Shown piece after piece: positions 35,866 through 47,039 of a stretch of 64,000 nucleotides of DNA. The stretch is from Macrostomum lignano (Eukaryota): positions 1-64,000 of the forward strand of contig NIVC01003272.1 in NCBI GenBank assembly GCA_002269645.1, written 5' to 3'. Position 1 is the stretch's first letter, and each line of letters opens with the position of its first letter. The position numbers and the translations under genes are program-made. A model generated the notes under the pieces. That model searched no databases. It had not been told where the DNA came from and saw only the letters and a program-made list of their open reading frames with translations.

Positions 35866-36985
35866 TAAATAATCAGCTAGTTGACCATTTATAGCTATTA
35901 CTAGACCTAAATCTCTTTCTTTAAACTAAATTATAAAAGTATTTAATAGATAAACTTTTTATCTCATTAAATGAGATAGAAAATCATAAAAATAATAGGA
36001 TTAATATTTATAATTGACTATATACCAGTATGGCTTTAGTAGATTAATATAGGTGATATGAATATGATACTATATTGGTCATATTATAGATTTCCATGCT
36101 AAATTATTTTACACTATTTTACACATATTTTAAATATGGCATGGTGACCTATAGCACTTAGGACTATTGTCAACCTATATCAGGCCTGCTATGGAACTAA
36201 GGTTTTTTCAAAAACAAATGTCAGTGGCTGAATATCTTTACTTAAGCAAATGTAGCAAACCTAATTTTTTGCATGTTTTACATTGCTATACAGTGATTTA
36301 TCAGTTGAAAATTCAAGTCAATACTGAAATAGGCATTGTTTATTACTAAAACAGTTTCTTATAAAAATCATATTTCAAAATTATGCCATTTCTTATACTG
36401 TATGAATATTAGAAATATTTTGCATATTCTGTATATGCTACGAGTATATATTGTTGTTTTGTTTTAAACAGCAAAGGAAATTTTAGTATAAATAGGAGTC
36501 AGTTGGAGACTAAACCAAATAAATTGTGTTAACTTCTCTTTGTATTATTATTCTTGTTTCTTGCTTTTGAGCTTTAAAGTTAGAAACAGAAGTAAATTAG
36601 CCTCAGGGCTTATGTTTGCTTGGTTGTGTTATTTATTTTGAGTAGTAGATAGTGAACCTAGGAATAGTCCCAAGAATGGGAGAATTCGATCTGTCCTTAG
36701 AGAACAAGACATCCAGATTTAAAATCAGAGAAATTGTCTTAGAAGGCAGAAATCCTACCACAGGGTAGAGTAATCTAGATTCAGAGTCTAAGAAACCTAT
36801 CTTGGGGCAGAATAACTAGCAAGTAAGCTATGACCTTCTGATCCTAGGAATGCCTAGGACTGAGAGAATAAGATTCCTTAAAGGAGAATAAGGATAGAGT
36901 AGACAGTGCCATAAGAATGCTAAAGCCAAAAATATATTACATATATAGACTACTAATAGGGTAGTTCCACAAGAGATGGTCATTA

Positions 36986-37672
36986 TAGTATTTGTCATGC
37001 TATCCCAGCCCAGAGACATCCAAACTCAGCCAGTCCCATTCCGCAATGCGTTTTTTTGGCTCGAGCTAGTCGACTTTTACCATAGACATGCCTCCCAAGG
37101 CCATGCCATCTCAGCCCGGGACATGCAATCTCAGCCAATATAGATTTCAATTGCAAACAGATCTCAATGCTGGGAAGCTGGGCACTCAGCTTCGTGCGCA
37201 ATGCTTTCAACGTCGCCAGGGGGTTCGCATCCACGAAAGCAATAAGCGCCTGGCGCATCTCCTCATCGAACTTGCATGAGCCAATCTTTCTTCCCCCTCG
37301 CGGGAGGGCATCCACCCGGCCCGTTGCTTCATAAATCCTGACGATATGCCGAGCTGTCTTCAGATTCATGCGAAGAACTTTGGCGGCCACACGTAGGTCC
37401 TGACCTTCCGTCCACGCAGCAATCAGTCGTCTTCTGTCTTCGTCGCTTGTTGCTCTCATTCTGTTTCATTTGCTTCGATCACAGACTAAGCCACAGACAG
37501 CTTGACATAGCATCTGAAAAGTGGCTGAGATTGCATGTCCCAGGCTGAGATAGCATGGCCCTAAGAAGCATGTCTATGGTAAAACTTGACTGGCTTACGT
37601 AAAAAATCGCACTGTCGAGATGGGCTGGCTGAGTTTGGATGTCTCTAGACTGAGATAGCATGACAAATACTA
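36986..37672 (-). mobile_element. Tc1/IS630-like deletion derivative retaining only the HTH region
   Basis: ~155-bp TIRs starting TAGTATTTGTCATGC, TA flanks; ORF MRATSDEDRRRLIAAW..TARHIVRIYEATGRV..PRGGRK..FVDANPLATLKAL. Confidence 0.85.
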
Positions 37673-37761
37673 TAGTATAAAAAATAAAAAGGCATTATTT
37701 AGGTATCAAACCAACTGAAATTGCTAAAATACATGTTTAGGTTTGCTATATTTACCAAATA

Positions 37762-38317
37762 TAGGTGTCCCATAAGTAACTTTACAACTTGTTTCGTGAA
37801 TAACTTTGTGATTAATGCTTAGATCCCCACCAGATTCTAGCATAAGAAAATATATAGAAAAGGGATTTCTTGACACCAAAAGCATGTTCATACGTTAAAA
37901 AATACAGTCCATTCAGGGTCCTTCGATGTGGCCACCACCGTTTGTAAGGCAGGCCTCCAGCCGCCGCGGAAAGTCCAGCAGGGCTTTGGTAAGCGTCTCA
38001 GGCAAAATCTGGGCCACTTCATCTGAGATCCTCTGTTGGAGCTCATCGATTGTGCGCGGCTGCATTGCGTAGACTCTCTGCTTTAGATCGCCCCACAACC
38101 AGTAATCCAAGGGCATTAGGTCAGGAGAAATCTGATGGGATCTGGTATTTTTTTAAATTACCATTTGAATAATAAAATATCAATGTATGAACATGCTTTT
38201 GGTGTCAAAAAATCCCCCTTCTATATATTTTCCTATGCTAAAATCTGGTGGGGATCCAAGCATTAATCACAAAGTTATTCACAAAACAAGTTGTAAAGTT
38301 ACTTATGGGACACCCTG
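37762..38317 (-). mobile_element. mariner-like (maT/DD37D-type) deletion derivative retaining only the transposase C-terminus
   Basis: ~130-bp TIRs, terminus CAGGGTGTCCCA (right intact, left mutated), TA flanks; SPDLMPLDYWLWGDLKQRVY..P.TIDEL..RLEAC..GGGHIE. Confidence 0.85.
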
Positions 38318-38744
38318 TATATAGCCTTTGTGGTTTTTTTAACTGTTAACATATATGTTCAATAGTGAGCTATTATATACCATTGTATTTAAAAAATTAA
38401 AAGCTTTACAGCTTTATAAGTATGATTACTAGATGTCTAAATGTATTTCAGTTATCAAATATAGATATGTAGCTTTCCATAGAAGCCTTAAAAACTGATG
38501 TGGGGATATCTGGAGCTCTAATAATTGGGATTGTTTCTAATAGGTTTCATCCATTACGACCAGGATGGATCCATTACAACTGGCAAAGGTAGTGTCGTGA
38601 GTCGCTATTTAGTTAGGTGCCGCACTAGTCAGCTGTTTCCCTTGCCCTTGCCCCAGGCTTCTGTCTGCTGCTGGGCAGTTGTCTGTCCCTTCCTTTTTGC
38701 CTTGCCTGTCCTCTGGCCTGTCCTTTGCCCATTTGCTTGTCTGT

Positions 38745-39787
38745 CTATCTGTCCTTGTTTGTCCCTTTTGTCTTGTGTTCCCATTTTGCAATGCCCAGAC
38801 AGCTTGGTCTAGCCTGCTTCTGTTTTGTCTCTGTTAGGCATCTCCAAATTTGAAATGCCATTTTGTTTTCCAGTCCCAAGGTCACAAGTGCCTTCACTTG
38901 TAGGCCTTTTTCCCCCTTGTCATGTGAGCCAATCACATGACAGGGCTTTCTTCCATCTTTAGTCCAAAGTGCAATGATTTCATCATTGTATGCTGGTCTT
39001 GGCTCATTCCATATAAGATGGACATATTTGGAAAATAGAAAAAAGTCAATATTTTTGCTTGCCATTGCTTAATTAGCCTATTTTTTTACCAAATGTTTAT
39101 ATTGTGCAATATATACAATCTAAGAATAAAGGAATGGTAAAATGTTGGATTAATATGTTATCAATTGGCAAAAAGTCATTTTTGTAAAAATTTGGACATT
39201 TTTCGAAGCAAAAGACATCATTAAGATTTTGTACCTTTTAAAAACAAATAGAAAGCTTTTGAAGGTTGAAACAAACTATAGATAAAAGTATAGTACTTGC
39301 ATCATCAGATAAAAGCATTGGTGACCAAATAATCTATTATATTTTTAATGTATTAGTACCTCAAAGTTACTGAATTGACAGAAAAAAATATGTTACGACC
39401 ATAATGTTACGACCATAAGGCTGCCTTTTCTTTTGTATCTTTGTTGCCTTTTGAGTTTATATATTCTAATAAAAGAGTATGATTTCTAAAGATGTTCTTA
39501 GTCAAATTTTAAAAATGTATTGCAAAATATCAAAAATGAAAAATGTTATAAGACTTTTACCTTTTAGTTTCTATATGTCAAAAATCCTGTCGTTACGACC
39601 ATAAGTGTCATTTAAGGTTTAATAGCATCTATACTAATGATGATATCTATATGAAACTCTATAAATATATTCTAGACAAAATAATCTTTCATTTAAAATA
39701 TTGGTTTAGTATATTCTATTATTAGATTTCATTTTATAAGTAAAAATAACCTGTCATGTTACGACCATGCTTATATGGAATGAGCCT
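38745..39787 (-). mobile_element. Possible end of a degenerate DNA transposon (GAG-starting terminus as in Sola2/3)
   Basis: GTTACGACCAT motif repeated four times (39390-39770); minus-strand terminus GAGGCTCATTTCCATATAAGCATGGTCGTAAC; degenerate ORF 39065-38745 reading away from it. No second end found. Confidence 0.35.
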
Positions 39788-40559
39788 CTTGCATTTATGG
39801 GGACATCACATGCGCTAGGACCCCTGCCTCTTCTAAGGCGGAACCCACTTGCTTGTTGCTAAAAATAGCAATAAAGTCACTCATTACTCTCAGTGGGGGT
39901 CTTTCATGCTATTGTGCAATTGATTCTCCCTATAAATGTAGCCCCTCTCATGGCTTGGTTCAGACAAGCCTGTTTGCCTGTTTTCTGCCTCTCTATCTTA
40001 GTCAGTCTCTAAGGTTGTGTTGTGTGCCAAGTTTGCACCTAAGTTTGAACTCCCAAGCCTCCCAACTTTGCGCGTGCCTGCCTCAAATTGCTCCTGCTAT
40101 CTATTAGCAAGGCAGCTTAGATTGCCCAAAGCTAGCACCATCGCTCTAACACTATACTAGCATGGCAGGGACTGCTGACTATGGATGCTTCTGCTCAAGA
40201 ACTGCTATATCTGCACAAAGTGCTAGACTTTCTCTCTTGTCTTAGTTATTTGCTTTTACAAGATCGGCACCTCATTGAAGGCTGCAACTTTGCAAAGCTA
40301 GTGGTAGCACTACCTACGCTACAAGTATTGATTCTAAGAAACTGCTAGCTAGAGGTCATTGCCCAGTGCCAGGAGCCCTACCAAGCCATCTCCGGACCAA
40401 CTAAAGCAATCCTATTGGAGGCCTTTAGACAACAACCACAGGCAAGACACCTGTACTTCATTGGTGGCCACAATGGGATTCAAAGACCTACCAAGCCACT
40501 TTGAAACAACATAGACTAGAGAAAAGAGTCCAAATACTTCAGTAGGATATAGCATGCTA

Positions 40560-40870
40560 AAGATCAAAGATGTCTTAGCCATGGCAGCTATCCAAGAGGC
40601 AAATCTATCTTATCTACCAAGTAAAGGATAGCCAGGACACAGATCAATGCAGGTTCAATGCCAAAACAAGGCAATCCACAGAGGCCATCATAGCTATGCA
40701 AGTGGCCATCAAGTCTGATGCTACAAAACCATCAAGGAGTTGGCTGAGGACTTTGAGTTTGACCTGTCCATTGGCACAGGCTACATTATTCTACATGCAG
40801 ATCTCAAACTATCTAAGAAAAGCACACACTGGGTCCCTTGGCTGCTGTTGCTAGATCAGAAATTTTGAAG
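40560..40870 (+). pseudogene. Highly decayed mariner transposase N-terminal fragment
   Basis: ..IKELAEDFEFDLSIGTGYIILHADLKLSKKSTHWVPWLL..DQK resembles the mariner WVPxxL motif region. Confidence 0.5.
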
Positions 40871-41786
40871 AGTTTTCTCAAGAGATGCTTGATCCATGTA
40901 CTTCCTCATCTGCTATACTTGCCAGATCTGGCCCCTGCATACTTCTAGCTCTTTTGTAAAGTAAACAAGAGTTATTAGTCACCTTGCTTACTTAGTCAAG
41001 AACAAGTCAAAACAGGTTGTGAGAGGTCACCTAGCAGAAGCCCTTGAAGTCACCTAGCAGGAAATGGATAGATACCTGCAAAAAGTGCATTGAACTCAAT
41101 TGTTGAAAAAATAGAATTTTGTACCTACTCAAACTTAAAGAGCTGATATAAAGTCATTGACATTTGTTTTTGAATATATACCTTGTCTATGATTTTGATA
41201 TCAACCATTGAAAGCTAGTGGCCTTGACTACCAAGATAGGAATTGAATGGCTAGCTAAATATAGACTATATATATTGCATAATAATATAAACTGTGAGCA
41301 TTATCTTGGCATAGCAATTTTTTAAAATGTTAGTCTAGGCCTAGTCAAGACTAAATAAATACCTAGCCTATAATATATTGGTCAATATAAAATATGCTAT
41401 ACTAGTGCTTGATATGACAAGGCTCTTTTTTGAAATCAGTCATATGTCTAATTTATCAATATAATTTTTTTGGTCATTAAATATATTATAGGCCATAATA
41501 TGGCTATACTTAAATAATATGGCAATTAGACTTAGTCTCAAGTCAATGAGTATATAGTCCCATAATTGTCTAGTCAATTAATTTAAATATCATATATGCC
41601 TAACACCCATCCGACCTATCTGAACTGGATAGGTGAAATGGCCGATGGCCAAGGTAAGTCGCAAAATTGAAAATGGGAAAAATGAAAAATTGGGGGAAGA
41701 AAGAAAGGAGAGGAAGAGAAAAGGAAAAGAAAGGAGGAAAAAGAGAGAGAGGGAAAAAGAAAGAGAAAGAGAAAAAAAATAGAACA

Positions 41787-42058
41787 GAGGAACTAAGTTG
41801 CAATTAGGAAGAACTAAGTTGCAATCAGGAGGAACTAAGTCACAATCAGGAGGAACTAAGTCGCAATCGGGAGGAACTAAGTTGCAATCAGGAGGAACTA
41901 AGTCGCAATTGGAACTAAGTCACAATCGGGAGGAAGTAAGTTGCAATTAGGAGGAACTAAGTTGCAATAAGGAAGAACTAAGTCGCAATTGGGAGGAACT
42001 AAGTTGCAATCGGGAGGAACTAAGTTGCAATCAGGAGGAACTAAGTTGCAATCAGGAG
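41787..42058. repeat. 21-bp minisatellite AGGAGGAACTAAGTTGCAATC, about 13 copies
   Basis: Period 21; related AAGTTGCA motifs at 44495-44525. Confidence 0.95.
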
Positions 42059-42966
42059 ATTTTTTGCCTGTCCTCTAGGCATTGTATATATGGCAAATTT
42101 TCAAAGGCATGATACATAGAAGGCTCCAATTTGTCTGCAGCACAATGGTATAAGAAGAAATTGTTTCTTGCCCATGGTTTTAGCAAACTTGCAAGTCAAA
42201 CTTGACTTCCTATTATCACAGATGCTTTCTGTTGTAATGCCCTGCAAAACAACTGTCATAATACTATCTTAAATAAATCTTTTAGCATATCAAGTGCAAG
42301 TTCGAACAAAATCGGTCCAGCCATTTTTTCTCTAATATATCACATATATATATATAGACATCACATTTTTAGTATATAGGATGCTTTGTCTTGTTTCTGT
42401 GACTGACAGTTGCTTAAATCTATAGAAGTAGATTATTGGTTTGCTCTTCTCAAGCATCCAGAAATATATCATTAGGTAACTATTTGTAACTGTTTGTATA
42501 ACTATATAACTTTTTCTTGGAGGACTCTTACTTCTTTGGCCATGAGTCTCAGTTTCCGAATCTGAGTCCAAATGAATGGCTATATGTGGTTGTTGGATCC
42601 GTGCTTCAGTATCAGCATCAGTTGATGGGCAAGATTCTATAGCGATAGATTCAGCATGAGCATTGTGCCATTGTACAAGTTCTGTCTTAAGACGTCTAGT
42701 TTCTTCATTCATTTCAAAAACAGCTTCTCTTTCAGCTGAAATTATTTGAGAAGAGCAATATGCATGGGTTGTTGCATCTGCACCATGAATCTCTATTTTT
42801 GCATTCAGCACAGATAGATCTGACAAAGGTGGCTGACAAAATCTGACACCATAGGTGTCAAGTACATTATATAAGTACAATGTATAGTTTCAAACATACT
42901 GGTCATATATAGCCAGTGCAGCACCCAAACCAAGCTAGCATACCCACCCTATCTATCAAATTCACA

Positions 42967-44025
42967 ATAGAGCTCAATAGGAGTCTTTTTAGAGCAATGA
43001 TTTATTACAATTTTAAAAGTGGTTTGCAGCAGCAAGAAAGTCTTAAGCAATTGCGAGGAGCTTTTGGTGATAAAAAACCTTCTAGATCCACTGTTTTTGA
43101 CTGGTTTGCCAAATTTCGATGCAGCAGGCAGAGTCTGAATGATGAGGAGCGCAGTGGCTGGTCTGTCTTCGCAACGACTAAGAATAATGTTGCTGCTGTC
43201 TAGGCCATGGTTGAGGATGATGCCCAAGTGACTGTGGCCCAGATAGAGGCAGAAGTGGGCATTTCATCAGGATCCATCAGGACGATCCTGCATTCAAAGC
43301 TTAACCTGAGCAAGATTTCTGCATGCTAGGTGCCTCATCAGCTAACTCTGGAGCAGAAGGAGGCTCAGGTGACCTAGTGCTGCACTATGCTCAACAGATT
43401 CAATGGAGGCAGCTCAAATTTGGTCTGGGATATTGTCAATGGTGACAAGTCTGGGATCTATAGTTTCAACTTGGAGACTAAGAGCAGCAATCGGCCCAGT
43501 GGACTCCAGTTGGCGGCATCCCACCATCCAAGCTTTGGTGAGAGTGCAGCGTGGCAAAGCAGGTGGTGGCCATTTTTGTGGCGAAAACTGGTCATCTGGC
43601 CACAGTTCCACTCATGCAGCAGCGCATAGTCACTGGTGACTAGTATGCCAATGTTTGCCTGCCAGAAGTGCTGAGTGCTCTCTCTAGGTGTCGCCCAAGG
43701 ACTCGAACTTGGGGTATCCTTCTCCACCACGACAACACCTTGGCCCACAAGGCTCGACAAGTGGTAGAGTTCCTAGCTGGAAAGCGCATTCAAGAGCTCG
43801 GTTATCTACCCTACAGCCCCAACCTGGCCCCCTGACTGTTGTGTTTCCACAAATCAAGCGTAGGATGCGTTGAATCTGCTATGGATCACCAGAAGCTGTA
43901 ATGGAGGCTTTCATCCGGCATATGGAGGAGGTGCCTGCTTTAGATTGGTCCAGCTGCTTTAGCAAGTGGTTAAGCGCATGAAAATTTGCATCAAATCTGC
44001 TGGAGAGTACTTTGAAAAGATGTAA
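42967..44025 (+). pseudogene. Near full-length mariner (DD34D) transposase pseudogene
   Basis: (M)ELNRSLFRAMIYYNFKSGL..AFGDKKPSRSTVFDWFAKF..VPHQLT.EQK..IVNGD..HDN..YSP.LAP..GEYFEKM*; start ATG changed to ATA; TAG stops at 43201, 43327, 43375, 43641. Confidence 0.9.
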
Positions 44026-44042
44026 CTGTTTTTTCTCTCTAA

Positions 44043-44204
44043 CTATTTCTGTCTGGGCACATCCGGAAACCCACCGCTCAGCCTTCATATAGTCAGGTGC
44101 AGCATGTAGGTCTATCTTTAAGTGAAGTATATAATGACTCATTATTACACCTGACTATATAAAGGCTGAGCAATAGGTTTCCGGATGTGCCCAGATAGAA
44201 ATAG
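44043..44204. mobile_element. 162-bp hairpin MITE
   Basis: CTATTTCTGTCTGGGCACATCCGGAAACC pairs with GGTTTCCGGATGTGCCCAGATAGAAATAG; inner arms CTCAGCCTT..AGTCAGGTG; followed by a TA run. Confidence 0.85.
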
Positions 44205-46124
44205 TATATATATATATATATATAAGTGCATGAGTGTACATATACAAGTTTGTTTGCCAGACATATAGTACAGTATGTAGAGATTGTGTAGCCTATAGGG
44301 TATAGGCTACAATGCAGTTTAGTATTGCAGTGTGCAATGCTACATAATTGAATGATAAATCAATCAATAAAGAGAATGAGGGCAGGAGAAAGGGAAAAGA
44401 AATGAGGAACTTCCATTTTTCAATAAGTATAACCACGCATGAGGTGTGCTACCCCCCCCCCCTGGTCCTTTAGTGTGGTGGTGCATAGGTAAGTTGCAAA
44501 TCTGGACAAAACTAAGTTGCACTGGATAGGTAAAATTTTGAGGTTGGGCATTTATGTTAAATATGCATGACATTTGTGCTTAGATGTAAATCTTATGGTA
44601 GTCCTTGTGTTAGGTTTATCGCTCAATTGTTGCAAAATTTAATAACTCTATTAATAACCAGACTAATTCATAAAATAAAATAACGAATAATAAGAGAACT
44701 ATAAATGATTTGACATTGCAAAGTTACAAACATTGAGAAGTATAACATTTTAGAGCTTTTTATTCTCAGAAAAATTGGTGTACAACTGCTTAGAAATTTG
44801 CTACTATAGAACTGCTTGGATATTAGTGACACTTGCTCAGCAACTATGTAAAACTGCTTATAGACAAGCACTAAACTGCTAAGAAGCTGAGTGAAGCCAT
44901 GAATAAAGCCATAAATTCCATGAATGCTAGCCTAGATATGAATAGACTGAACTGATAGTATGGCAACCTAGGTTTGAAGCTTAATAGTAAGAATTTTTTT
45001 AATGAAAACTTTAAATAATTTAAAGGAATAATTAAAAAGACATTATTTTTGCACTTGATAAGCCAAGACTCATAGGGATAATTACTAGAATGCTATGGCT
45101 ATTAAGGGATTTGTTAGGAAGAGTAGGTTAAACCATAAATTAATTGACCTGTCAAACATAAAGACTCATTGGGGAATTGCTGAAATATCAAGATTTACTA
45201 GAGGAATTGCTGAGAATTCAAGTCTTAGGGGCAATTGCTGAGATATCAAGGTAGAGGATAGAAGCTACATGTAATTAATTTAAAAATTTTACTACATTCT
45301 TTGTTTTCTCCCTAATGGGGGCATAAATTGTTAGAATTGACAAATCTAAATTTATACATTGCAATAAGGAATACAATACTATATTATATAGATAGTATCA
45401 ATATAAGTATAAAAATAAATAGATATAAAAACATTTAATTTTCTCTTATTGAATATTAATTATTTAGGCCTACTCAAATTTTATGTCATGAATATATAAA
45501 AACATAGGCCTATATGAATAAGCCTATGTAGTAGGCCTATTATTACTATTTTATTAGATTAGATTAATAAAGTATTATATGGATATAAACTATCACCAAT
45601 ATAGGCCTAGGCCTATATTGTGTATATATATTTTAAATGCATAACAAGAACAATTTAAACAATTGTAGACAAAATTTACAGGTTAGGAAATTTTTAAAGT
45701 AAAATTTTTAATTAATTTCATTTTTTATTTGTAAATTGGTAAACAACTCTATTCAGCCTACTAAGCTTGATGGCAGTTCTCTTTGTATAGGAGTTGGACA
45801 AATGAAGAGTAACAAGGGTTTGAAAAAACTGTCCTATAGTTAGACAGTGTCTTGCTTTTTGGATGAAATAACTGACAAAAAACTACTAATAATCAATATC
45901 AATACTAACAGAGCTGTAAAAGGCAAGTCATCATAAGATGAGCATTGGGTCCGCCCCTAATCAAAAGCAATTACAGATTTTTTTGTGCTTAAAATGAAAA
46001 CCGCCATATTCCAAATGTATTTTTCAGTAAAACCTGCCTCCTTCAAAACTTCCATAGAAATATGCAACCCTCCTTAAAAAAAGTTTCAAGAAACGTATAG
46101 TCCACTCAGTCAGCCGTGTCCCAC

Positions 46125-46139
46125 TCGTGGTGAGGCCAT
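46125..46139 (-). other. TMEM86: Candidate first coding micro-exon of TMEM86 (MASPR)
   Basis: ATG GCC TCA CCA CGA then GTGGGA, phase 0, inside a local CpG-rich patch; would give MASPR-MKSVGPRLVPF, like MVSP..-VKSEGPKLVPF of TMEM86A. The donor is weak. Confidence 0.35.
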
Positions 46140-47039
46140 TCTATCCTCGGAAAACACGGCCTCGCAGCCCAGTAATGAATGCAGCGGTGTAGCGCTGCAT
46201 GTATTTCTGGATTTATTTTACGTTGTATTTAATACATTTGCGCACGTATGCACCAGCCGGTTCTATAGGCTAAGCCACGTGTGATATTAGTAAACAAGTG
46301 TACAATTTAAATTGCATTTTAGCTAGCTAATAAAATAAGCCTGCCTATACATAAAATTTTACCACTTGCCAATTAGTTAGGCTTACAGATTTATTTATTG
46401 CTCTTTAGACTTTGGAATCATTTAAAATTTACATAACTATCCAATTTTTTGTTTAGCCTAGGCAAAATGCATATTTAATAAGCTTTCTAGGCTTCTAAAA
46501 TCTAATAGCCTAGCAATAGATAAAAACTACCTACCTAGTATAGTAATTTTTTTACCTAATAGTAATACAAAGCCTTCTATTTCAAATCATTGATTATTTT
46601 CTACTATTGACTGATAGGTCTAAGTCTAAAATATTTTCTTTTCTTTTGTGTTATAAAGCCTTTATGCTATATTAGAATATGTTTTTTAATGCTAATAAGA
46701 ATCTTTTATAACTTTGGATCTAAAATTCATTTGGTCCTTCTTTAATTTAAGTTGCTTAGGCCTATCTTTTTATAAGACCTAAGGGGGCTAAGCCTAGCCT
46801 ATGTTTATAATGTTTTATATTAAAATGTTTTAATAATATTGTTTTATAGGAATCAAAAGTAGGAATATAACTATATAAGATAAAGCATGCCTAGAATAAA
46901 AATCTTTTTGAAATAATTAGCCATAGTCTAATCAACTATAGATTAGGCCCAACTAATAACTATTCATTGGCACTATATAAAGTCATGATATCCCTCTAGT
47001 TGCGACCTTTTCTTCCCCTTTAATGCTAGGCCTTACTTT

